Below, piece by piece: positions 23,101 through 34,529 of a stretch of DNA of 64,000 bases. A model generated the notes under the pieces. It saw only the letters and a program-made list of their open reading frames with translations, had not been told where the DNA came from and searched no databases. The stretch comes from Styela clava. Lineage: Eukaryota. The first letter of the stretch is position 1; the number at the start of each line of letters is the position of its first letter. The stretch is from NCBI RefSeq assembly GCF_964204865.1, contig NC_135262.1:3534001-3598000 (forward strand), in the 5' to 3' direction. The position numbers and the translations under genes were made by a program.

Positions 23101-26100
23101 ACCTTAAAATGTTTATGTGGCTCAGAGGTGGGCCATGGCCCGCTGGTTGCGAACCAGTGAGCTAATGGAAATAGACTTATGTATTTGCTGAAGTGTTATA
23201 GATTATTTTTGACCAATATCAGCATGAGCAGGTAAACGGATAATATTCAAAGACGGTTTATTAACAGCAATTAAAACTGTCCTACATAAATATAAAAATT
23301 TAATTGAAATATCATGTTGAGTTTGAATATTTTGAATGAAAGTTGTTACCTCTTTATGAACTCAACGGTCATCGAAAAAAATTTATATTCTTCGGTCGAG
23401 TTGAACACATCACAAATTGGGCCCATAGTTAACAAAAATATCAATACCAACAGCAGAAAGTAAACAGAGAGGGAGGTTGAAAGAAAAAATGGAAACATTT
23501 ATTAAATTTTTGCATAAAACTTTTACAATACTTACCAGTTTGTGAGGTATTGATTATCTTTTTTAAATCTTTAATTTCTTGTTTCAGTAATAACAGATCT
23601 GCAATTAGGTGAGATAAAGTATTAGGTTACTTTAATAATAAATTTAAGCTAACTGGTTATCTCATGTTGAGGGAATTTTATAACTTCATCAAATCAAGCC
23701 ATAAACAAGATAGAAAGTTTTTTACAATTTCACAGTCATGTTGTGGTTTTTCATAGATTGAGAAAACAAATAAATATTTTATTGTCATTTCTAGTACAGG
23801 CCCATTTTTTTACAGTCTTTAAATACAAGTCCAGCTTGTGTATCAGAACTCGCATCGTTAAGTTTGGATAAGGTGATAATTTTATTTAGCTTCTAAAGTT
23901 TTATCTTCCAGACAGATTCAAAGTTGCTGTTTCAGGTTTCATTTAATTGAATGCGTACATTTTTGGGTACTTCCGTAGCGTATGTACCAGGCTAGGGTTA
24001 GGCCATAATTTTATTCCGATTTTACTTGTTTTAGTTTTATTGCGATTTTGGGGACTGTCTTGTTAAGCAAGTGAATATAACTCCTTTTCTTAGGCTCCAG
24101 TCCCTTTACACAACTTGATCCAATTAAAGCTTATGTAGATGAACACGCATTGTTAAAATTTTGAATCAAGTTATTAATTAAGATATTCAAAGCCTGTAAA
24201 GTTTTATATTTGAGGCGGATTCAAAGTTGCTGTTTCAGGTTTCATTTAATAGAATGCGTAGATTTTTGGGTATTCCCGTAGTGTGTGAACTAGGCTAGGG
24301 TTACCCCCTAATTTTATTCCGATTTTCCTTATTTTAGTTACGAGTCCGGGAAATGTCTGTGTTAGCCAAGTGAATATCCCACCTGCCCTAAGGTTTCAGT
24401 CTCTTTATACAACTTGATGTAAAATAGGTGAACAAAATTAGTCCCTCCATATTAGTACATACACTTCTGGAGCGCACATTTTTGTACGAACCGTTCGTGC
24501 TTTTGCTCTACCTTCACCTTTCACTAATTTAATATTCAACTACTTTTTATTTGCTGTATAACGATATCGCATTTTTATCAGGTTGTTTTATACAGTGATA
24601 AAATTGTCATAAGATAAACTCTACAATGCAGCTATATTTTGTCTGTTATTACCGTGTTTCCCCGGAAATAAACAGTGTCTTATTTCAATGTTCTTTTAGA
24701 AATAACACTAGGGATTTGGGGGATGTCTTTTATTTTCATTCAGAGAATTACAAGATTTTCAAATCTACAATATATGAACAATGATATTCATTTACTTATA
24801 AATAACTTTATCTGAAATAACTGCTAAACATAGTTTATTAACCATCTAAAACAAGTGGGAAAGATTTCTTGCTTTTGACTATGTCAAAATAAAATATTGC
24901 GCTACCGACTAGGTCTTATTTTAAGCGGAGGGCTTATATTGAAATCATTTTAAAAATTCATGCTAGGTCCTATTTTCAGGGTAGGTCTTATTTACAGGGA
25001 AACACGGTAATTTTCAAATTTGAATATTGTGAATATTTGTCACCTTGATCGTTTGAAGAAATCTTCGGACTCTCAAGCATCTTTTTCAACTCTGCAACTT
25101 CTAGTTTTAGTATGTGCAGGCCTGTAAAATGAATGGTTAGTGAAAATTTTGGGATACGTCAATATTTGTGTTCTGTCTCTGTGACAATTTCTCCATAGTT
25201 TGCTCACGCAATTGGGTACTACCAAAGTATGTGAATCAAGATGGCGGACTCCGGAACGTAGTATGTGTACCAGGTTAGGATTAAGCAAGAATTTTATTGA
25301 AAACTTCCTTATTTTAGTTCTATTACGAGTTCGGGGACTAGCCAAGTGACTCCCGTAGTATTTGTACCTGAAATTATGACCCAACCCTAATCAGGTACAC
25401 ATACTACGTTCGTTGTCCGCCATCCTGGTTCCCCTTCTTTGCGACTACCCAGTTCTGTAGTACGAAACATAGTGAAAATTTCGAATATGTCAATATGCTA
25501 TCATTGTGATAATCTATCCATAGCATTGCTCACGCAAATGAACGTTTGTCACCTTGATTGTTTGAAGAAGTCTTTTGACTTTTAATCAACTTGATTTCTT
25601 TTCTCTGCTTCTCATTCAATTTTCGAAGTTTATCAAGTTCTTAATACAGGATATAATATAAATTGAAGTTATAAAATGAAAATTTGTTCTCAGAATTCTC
25701 CAAAGTTTTTGATACGGGTTTAAAAATATTTTGTTCTTTATTTTTCCATTTTTGTAAAGCCCATTCCCCGTTTTGCTTCTGTGCTTGAAGGTTTGCTTTA
25801 AGGTTTATTTTTGATACTCCCGTAGTATGTCAACCAAGAAGGCGGACACTGGAACGTAGTATGTGTACCAGGTTAGAGTTAGGTCATAATTTTTGGTACA
25901 AATACTACGGGAGTCACTTGGCTAGTCCCCGAACTCGTAATAGAACTAAAATAAGGAAAATTTGAACAAAATTATGGCCTAACCCTAACCTGGTACACAT
26001 ACTATGTTCCGGTGTCCGCTATCTTGGTTCACACACTACGGCAGCGACGTATTTTCTTGCATAGACTATGAATGTGGGATCCTTTACACGATCGTCTGTT

Positions 26101-26936
26101 AGCCGAGTAATATGGGTTGTTATATCAATAAACAAAAATAATTTGTTCTTTTATTGTATCCCGTAGGAAATCCAAGTTTTCATTTTTCATTTTGGAGCTA
26201 TTAATAATTTTCACATGCATAAATTTGTTATTTCTTTTATAAATTTATTTCCATAACTGTGATCTGGAAGCAGATGTGACCATCGATATAATAAAATCCA
26301 CTTTATAAAGGTATTGATTTGTAATATCAACAACTTTATATTCTCAGGGCAGCGCTTGTTTAAAAATTCAATCAAAGTCGTCTTATATATTATGCACAAA
26401 TGAAAACATCTATAAACCTTCAATATGCGCTTTAAAAGAGTATTTTGACTCTTAGCATATTCGACACCTCATGTTTATAGAATACTACGCTTAATTGATA
26501 TGCCTATTACCCGAGGCAAGGTTTTAAGAGCACTATTTCTTGTTGTTTTTTTTCTCAATCTTCAAGTTATATTGCTTCCTTGCAGTTTTGTTGTCGACGT
26601 AGAAGTACACCCGACGCCGCCATACATCATTAGAAGTTATTAAATTTTCGTTGATAAATTACCTTGTTTCAATTCTTTCATTTCTTGTCGATTGTCAGCG
26701 TTATCAGCATAAAGTTTTAAAACATCGTTTGATGCTTTATTCTTCATGTCACAAGTTATAGGAAATTCTTTCCTTTTCAAATATTCTTTCACATTGGAAC
26801 CTGGTTTGTTCCAGAGAGGCAATGGATCACAACCATTAGCGATACATCCTCGTTTAAACTGACAATCCAATTTTTCTGCCAGGTTTCCGTTACCAAACGA
26901 AATGATTATAACAACGATAATAGAAATCCAACTCAT
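19841..26936 (-). CDS. Gene B: paralogous secreted coiled-coil/4xEGF/SRCR protein; exons 26663-26936, 25553-25639 (uncertain), 25044-25121, 23536-23598, 22561-22716, 21971-22087, 21310-21465, 20714-20830, 20489-20617, 19841-20166 (about 500 aa)
   Basis: Exon 1 MSWISIIVVIIISFGNGNLAEKLDCQFKRGC...KEFPITC aligns without gaps to gene A exon 1. Heptad exons: ELDKLRKLNEKQRKEIKLIK, GLHILKLEVAELKKML, DLLLLKQEIKDLKKII, EINESRKETKNLLREINVFRVDMYNLRQVNKDQTKEIEKLKNEL. Four 6-Cys EGF exons and an SRCR exon GQLRIVGG..GRVEIYYHGEWGTFCDDHW. All internal exons are phase 1-1 with GT-AG. Confidence 0.82.
20489..22087 (-). CDS. Gene B EGF-like exons x4 (21971-22087, 21310-21465, 20714-20830, 20489-20617)
   Basis: DINPCSTVKCQRNRKCSNVNGKGVCKCAPGYTLQNNRCV; PCTSNPCHKLADCQNVGSSQYRCECKKPYVGDGISVC; PCSNQCHKQAECENVGSNRYQCRCKKPYIGNGMDC; PCLSNLCHEHAECEQVDFHRYKCTCKKPYTGDGRNC. 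Confidence 0.88.
24652..25007. mobile_element. Tc1/mariner-type MITE, TA TSD; second copy about 36143-36540
   Basis: ta|ccgtgtttcccc...gggaaacacgg|ta; internal ggtcttattt repeats shared with 36143-36540. Confidence 0.78.
25812..26049. mobile_element. Same MITE family, full copy with tatttt TSD
   Basis: Long TIRs; tatttt on both flanks. Confidence 0.8.
26663..26936 (-). CDS. Gene B first coding exon (signal peptide + 4-Cys module + start of coiled coil)
   Basis: ATG at 26936, hydrophobic leader, phase-1 donor gtaat; 36/69 identities to gene A exon 1 by hand count. Confidence 0.85.
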
Positions 26937-28009
26937 ACTTGCAAAGACCAGAAACAATTTTCTCCTATGTGACACGGAGAATTGAAATATGAATGTTGTG
27001 AACTAATATAAAATAAAAGTATTAAATTAGTTTAAAAAGTTTAAATTTTCATTTTTTAGATAATTTCGACCAGCATCAGACATGTACTAATTATATAATT
27101 CTCAAGCCGCGCCCCTATTTTAGAATTTGTCAAGTCTCGCGCCCTACCTCAAAAATAACTAGCTAACAATAAGCAAAAAATAACAGATAGTAAGGCAAAA
27201 GTATGTTTTATTCAAAAAACATGTTGAAAATATGTGGATTGAACGTGAATATTCAAAATAAAGAAATGTAAATATCCAAAATAGGACGGGTAAGATCAAC
27301 TTGAACAAATATTTTTATTTTAATTAGCTGACGCCCTCTCAATAAATTGTCTACGCCCCCTAGGGCGCGCCTCGTCGTTTAAGAACCACTGAGATAAAAT
27401 ATTATAAATGCAATACAGAAAATATTTTTGTTCCTGTGAAGGCAGAAAGAACCACTGATAAGCGCAAGAAAATACATTTCTTCATTTCCAACGTTTCTAA
27501 TATTCCAAGGGATGTTTGGTTAATTTCACGCTGAAGTACTCACTCGTATTTGCGTGCGTTGTTATAATTTATCATTTTAAAAGATGAAGTTTATGTAAAA
27601 ATCTGAATGCATGTATGCTTGCATTCAAAAATTGGGTATTCTCGAAGTATGTGATCCAAGATGGCGGACACCGGAACGTAGTATGTATTTTAGGCCATAT
27701 TGCAGGTACAAATACTGGGGGAGTCACTTGACTATTCCCCGGACTCGTAATAGAACTATGATGTGGAAAATTGGAACAAAATTATGGCCTAACCTTAACC
27801 TGGTACAAATACTACGTTCCGGTGTCCGCCATCTTGGTTCACATGCTTCGAAGGGACCAATAATTTTCCTTTTTATTTAACGAGCCCATTATCATTGCAT
27901 TGTAGCATATCATCTATGAGCCAGCAATAGACATGATGTCGATCTAGTAGAAGGTATTGGTCATTATGGAAACCTAGGACATTCAGATTCATTATAAAGT
28001 AATAAATTG

Positions 28010-28620
28010 ATAAGTGGGAAAATATCTTGCTCACGTTGGACACCGCTTGTAAAATTCGCTAAAACTTGTAAAACTCGCTAAGACATAAATTTGTTTCGTG
28101 TTACTGGGAACTAAATTAATTACATGAACTCCCCCATTGGCGTTTTTTTTTTAATTCAGTATTATTTATTTGTTTCATATTCATTTCTAGCTATCCTACA
28201 TTTCTGTATATAATATCACTTCCCATGCTACTCCCATTAAAGATATTATAATTACGATTAAAATATAGCCCCGTTAAGTCGTTTTAATAAAATTATCCCA
28301 GTGTCTCAAAGGATATTTAGACTCATTATTAAGTAATATATTAACAAGTGGGAAAATATCTTGCTCGCGTTGGGAACCGTTAAAAAAACTCTTTGTTTGG
28401 AAATTTGCCAAGACATGCTTTGTTTCGTGTTACTGGTAACTGGGATATAAATTAAATTACGTGAATGCGTTATTTCCCAATTCGATATTACTGATTTGCT
28501 TCATATTCATTTCTAGGTATTCTATATTATTTCTGTATATAATATCACTTTCCATGCTACTCCCCTTAAAGATATTATAATTACGAATGAAATATATCCC
28601 CGTTAAGTCATTTTATTAAA
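28010..28620. repeat. Tandem duplication of ~335 bp upstream of gene B
   Basis: aagtgggaaaatatcttgctc at about 28012 and 28347; ctgtatataatatcactt.ccatgctactccc..taaagatattataattacga repeated. Confidence 0.85.
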
Positions 28621-29253
28621 ATAGTAGTCTTAAAATAGTAGATTATCATAACTGACTATATTCTGACTATGCTGAAAAATACCAAGCTGTATACATATAT
28701 ATTACATATACATTATGCTATAAATCGTGCAATTTATAAATGCGTCTTTAAAACTAATACGATTCCAATTTGTTCATACTTTTGTAGCTGTATGTCTTCT
28801 TTCACCCGAGGCTACGTGAACTTATTGTGAATTGTTTTTGTTTTTCAATGAAGCTTTGACATTTTGCTTTCAAATTACATCACGTTAATTAAACTGGTTG
28901 TAAACCTACGTGAAGTCACAACAACTCATATTTGTCAGGGATTGTTTTCAGAGGGTTCGTGAAAATGGGAAGATACAATTGCCATTTTTTTATCATGACA
29001 AATAGTATCTTTAGTGTATTCAGCCTTAAGATCCTTATATCAAGCACCGAGTTTTCATTACAACACTACTTTATTGTAAGAGTCGAACATTTCCAAATAA
29101 AGACACCATAGCAACAGCAAACTAAATAATCAGTAACACTTAACACGTGGAAAGATAGAAAAGCAATGACAACCTCGGATATACGAGGTCAAATACAATA
29201 CGGGTTAACAGTGTCACCTAGCGGTATTACAATATAACACAATAATATATAAC

Positions 29254-30170
29254 ACGTGATAGCGTTCAGAGACCGCCGACTTATCGATCTAGCGGCGTAT
29301 ATCCTTCGCTCTGACTCAATAGCTACACCGCGTGTCCCATCACTAATTAAGTAATAAAAGTAATATTATCGGTTAGAGACCGAAGACTTATCGATTGAAA
29401 GTTAGAGGATCCCCTAAAATAGCGCTCTTAATTCATAGTGACACCTTGTGTCCCATCACTAATTAATTGATAACTCGCTAATTATACGACATAATTCGTC
29501 CAAAATTAATAGGCTTCTGGTACGAGATATGATGAATGCACATGCGAAATCTGCAGCAGATCCAATTTCTCTTTCGTGAGATATCGCGTTCATCTAACAG
29601 ACAGACAAACAGACAGACAGACATAGAGACAGACAAACAGACAAATACCTATACACATACTTCTGCCAGGTTTTCGTTACCAGACAAGGTGGTTATAACG
29701 ATGGTAATGGAAATCCAGCCCATACTGGTAAGGGGCAGATGCAATTTTTACTTACATTCCACTGGGAATTGAAATTATAATAATAACAATTAAAACGAGA
29801 ATATCGGTTGGAAACCGAAGACTTATCGATCGATAGTTAGGGGATCCCCCAAAACAGAAACTGCAGTTTCGATTCATCCGCTCTTGTAACTTGCGCACTG
29901 CGCATCGCACACACACACTCGGCGGGTTTCAAAATTCTCTCGCTTTACAAAAATCTAGATCACTATATCAATAATTGATTGATAACTCGCTAATTATACG
30001 ACATAATTCGCTCAAAGTCAATAGGCTTCTGGTCCGAGATAAGATGAATGCACATGCAAAATCTGGAGCAGATTCAATCTCGCTTTCGTGAGATATCGCG
30101 TGCATCTAACAGACACACAGACAGACAAATACCTATCAATATACTTACCGATCTTAAGATCGATAAGTAA
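29254..30170 (-). mobile_element. Cluster of three HINE family 1 copies/fragments
   Basis: Repeated accgaagacttatcgat heads at about 29270, 29380 and 29815; (ACAG)n tracts at about 29600 and 30110; end gatcgataagtaa at 30170. Confidence 0.75.
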
Positions 30171-33100
30171 TAACAGAGGGTAATAGGGCATTGTATATTG
30201 AACTGCAGCTCCTTTCTCTTTGTTTACTTCCTACTTGGGACTCATTTGTGTCTGTTGCCACAAGAATGCTTATACGATAAAGTATTATAAAGATAAATAA
30301 GGACAGCCTAATCTCTTTCTACAAAATAGCAAGTATATTTTTTATTTAATATGTTTGCTGTGGTTCCGTGATCACATCTCAGTTATTTGGTGGTCAGACT
30401 ACCGGTACTGCAAAAGACTTTGTACTACTTCGTTTCGGCCTTCTTGTCCATGTATTTGGGAATTACTGTCTTAGTAATATAATATTAAAATAGTGAAAAA
30501 TAGCTTTCTTTTTTATAAAGCATTATCGATTTGCTCCATACCCACTTCCTACAACCCTAAATTCACGAATGAATTACAGTTTTCCATACTAATTTCTATG
30601 AATGATATCTTTTATATTTATAAGAAAATAAAAGTCCGAAATGTTCACACTGTGCCTAATTACATACAAATTTATTACAGTAGTGTAAGACAAGTTTTCT
30701 TTACACACTCTCCTGCGATGTTTGATGATATTAAACTGTATAATGTATAATCATTCTGCAATCATCTTCTGTATAATCATATTTAAGTATTGCAACTTAA
30801 ATATTCGCTTTTAAGCTACATGCGATGTTATTTTCAGATTATTTGTCTATAATTTTGAAGCGCTATATGTTTCCTTATCACCTAAGGCTAATTAAACTTC
30901 TTATCAATTGCTTTTTGTCCCTATGAACTTATATTTTGCGCCCAGACAACCCGAAGCGGCGTGCAAATATATATAACATTTTTGGCGCTTCAGAAATGTG
31001 TGTACCAATATGGAGGTAACTAATTTTGTTAGCCTACATTTTCAATAAATTGTTTAAAGAAACTGGAGCCTATGAGCGAGGGGGATATTCACTTGGTTAA
31101 CACAGACAATCCACGAACTCGTAATAGAACTAAAATATGGAAAGTTGGAATAAAATTATGCCACACTACGGAAGTACTGAATATTTAATTAGTTTTTGTT
31201 GTTTGGTATTTTTTTTAGAGGGGGGTGCAATTGCAGTTTTTTTTTCGTGACTTATTGTTGCTGATGAAGACAAAGGAATCTGCTTACAATTTAGAAATAA
31301 AACAATATTAAAACTATGATAACGAATCTATATTTGACGTTTTACTCGATGATTTTAAATTACTACAGAAAATGAAGACTATTGGACAACCAAGCCCGTT
31401 TTCAAATCCCATGCCACCAGCGCCAACATTTTTTTAGCGAAGCCGCTTTCTACAAAAACTGGTAATGATATACAGCGTTGAAAGAATGTAAATCAACATA
31501 TTTCAGTCAAGTTCGAGTTTTTCCAGATAATTCATCTTCTTGTAATAGATATCGGTACCAGATGTCGTTTGTCGTCTACTTTGCCCAGGCTTGCTCTTTG
31601 AATATTGTAACAACAGTCAATAAGGTGAACGCTTTCATTATAGCGTGATTATGCAAGTATGATATTAGACCGACTGGCAAACCCAGTATATCAAAATCAG
31701 CTTATGACGAATTTTTAGAAAAGTTCGATTCTGAATGATGTGACATAAACGTTGGTTTTATTACGACGACAAACGCCTCAAGTGAGTTTTTTATTTGAAG
31801 ATTACCAAATACCAACCTCCATTCTTTGGAAGTAATCTTTTGCCCTGTTACCAGCGTACCTTTTGTGACGTGACACTTAAATACGATTGATTAATTTACT
31901 AAGTGTTGTTCCGTATAAGTGGGGGTTTCAATATTTTCTATCTAACTTATTATCAACGGGTTCCCTCATTCCAGACTATGTATGTACTAATACGTCACTT
32001 ACTGAGTAGCCTAAAAAGTAATAGCATGAAACGCTTTGCATACATCCAAATGGCCTACATAACTTCCTAAAACGCTAGATATAATCTAAGCCTCTACTGC
32101 ATACCCGGTGGTAGATTTTTCCACAAGTTCGAATATTTTTACATTTAGCTTCTATGGTAAATATCGCCGTCGAAGGATCACAAAGAAAAAGGAAGACATC
32201 CTCCATATACGAACTTATTCAAAAAGTGTCACATTCGAATATTTCTAGACTGCAGACGACTAATTTGAAATATCATGAACACAAAAGTTTTTTATTTGTT
32301 CTTTATTATTTATATAAAACCAAGAAAAAAAACTTCAACAAAAACAAAACAGAAAAAAAATTGAAATTGAATTAAAATTTTAGCTGCTATTTTCACACTG
32401 CAGTGAACAAATTAACAATCCCTATACCTTGGATAATTGCCTGTTTTAAGCACCTTTATAGATTTACAAATCGAGTTAGTTTCATTCCTTAAAATGATAT
32501 TTTCTTCCAATTCTAATCATGCAGATAGTTTACATTTAATTAGTGCTATACGCTCGTATCTGTAACCATGAGTGCCTTTTTGTGTTTTTTTTCTTTCTTT
32601 CTATGCTCTTTTTTTTTATTTCAATGTGATCTGTGCAATAACTGCAGTTTTCAATCTGATCTGGTTTTTAATTTAGGTTTGCACTCAAATAAAAAACTTA
32701 CAAAAGTAATATTCCTAGCAAAATAGGGAGCCAATTCAAGCTGACCAGTTTTCTGATTTAGATAAGCAGCAGCAAAGGATCAAAAATTCAGCCTTTTCAC
32801 ATTATTCCTATAAATTCCGCCGTTAGGGAGATTTAGATTTTGGATTGCTTGATTTAAACCAAAGCGAGTTTCGGAAAATAAGTTTTGGGTTTGGAGTAGG
32901 GGCTTCTATTATTCAGTCTAGTCGAAAGACTACCCAACCGGTTCGGAAATCGTACTTGTCTCTTAAAGTAGTGCTATAAAACCATTAACCTAAATAAGTG
33001 CCATATGTTCTACTTTTGCGCAATTAATAAAATAAAATGGAAAAAAACATATGTAAAAAAGTTTCAATAAAACCATAAAATGATAAAAAAATTTAGCGAT

Positions 33101-34422
33101 CAAACACAGTGATTGAAGTTGAAAAAAATCATAAAAGGTTACTCGTTTTTTACAGTAACTCCACATAGCCACATACTTGGTTTGAATTATTCTAGTTGAT
33201 TTGATTGTGTTCCATCGCCTACGGACCAAGGATGAAGCAAAAGCAATCATTTTCTAAAATGTAATATTTAAAAATATTTCCCCTATCTACCCGAGCCATA
33301 CAGAAAAGTTTCAATGGTTCCAACCATAGTAGCTTATTACAAATCAGTGGGCAAATATGTGACACGTTTCAGTGAATGGAATTTTCCAAATTTGAAATAT
33401 TAACATGTAAAGTTACAATGGAACTTTTTCAACAACTGTATACTGGTTTTGAAGCAAATAAAAAATGAACGAAATTAAAATTAGGCTAGAATTGATTGGT
33501 TCACCTTGGCTGAAATTGTGGGCCAGTAAGTCGGTAACAAAATGTCGAATTTTGTCTGAAGGTGCACGACGCTCATAAACTATAGTTTAAGTAAAACAAA
33601 GTCATTTATTCAAAGATATAAAAATCGAAAAATTTTCAAATTTTGATGTAAACCAAATCGCCAAATTGTTACAACATATATATATAAATTTTTGTGATGC
33701 TGAATATACGTCATCATGATATGACGTCCATAACAAAAATAACACCTTGGTTTCGAAACAAATTTCAAATTTTTGAGTAAAATATCAAAGTCTTTTAGGT
33801 CAAAATATACATAAAGCATTTTTGTCATATTAAAGCTGGTTGCTCGCCATTTGAACGACTTTTTCCGCTTTGTGAGGGGTATTCAACATGACGGGATAAT
33901 TTGGGCAAAAATATGTTTGTTGAGATATTCTTAAAATTCATAATGCTATTTACTATATCAAGGTATTAACCTGCTCATTGTACATAAAAAAAATAAATAA
34001 CAGAATTTGCCGGTTTATAGGGTTAAAATGTTATTTTTCAGATTTAGCAAAAAACAATTACACCATGGCCTCAATTTGGAAACACCCTCTCAAAATGAAA
34101 AGATGAGGAGCATCTGGCCGTCCTCATTTGTAAATTTGACTTTAGAGAGAACGCCAATTCCAAGTCTTTAGGCAAGCAGCAAATCAGGTGATGAGAACTT
34201 ATAGCAATCCCTTAATTATAAGGAGACCGTGAGTACACCAAAGTATATGCAATTCCAGCATCCGGGAATGTTTGTATTGCTTTAGCAGCGTGCATGCTCA
34301 TTGTGGTTCTGTCACTCCAATCTGTAATGATTTCGCGTGATTGTCGTGGCTATCATCAAGGCGTATATCTCCGCCAGATCTTTCTTAGGGCTCTTCTTGC
34401 CCCAAAAGTTTTTCTATCAGAG

Positions 34423-34529
34423 TCACATATTGATGTAAAGCGTTAGAAGTGCTAGTAATGATGTCATCAGTGTTACGTAATGAACACGTAATGCTGCGTT
34501 GCCACCTCCATCTGATTGACGATCGCTAC
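34423..34529 (-). CDS. EFNA: Ephrin exon 5 (GPI signal)
   Basis: ttttag acceptor; small residues (DGGGNAA) then hydrophobic tail to TGA at 34423-34425. Confidence 0.85.

Noticed and set aside
23825-24195. Extra gene B exons after tttag/ttacag acceptors in the duplicated intron blocks
   Set aside because: Phase-1 reading hits stops within 3-7 codons; at most relic pseudo-exons.
25073-25384. Recurrent ORFs with SPRTRNRTKIRK/PNPNL peptides (also 8774, 22234, 27611, 52672)
   Set aside because: All are translations of the same MITE family, not a protein family.
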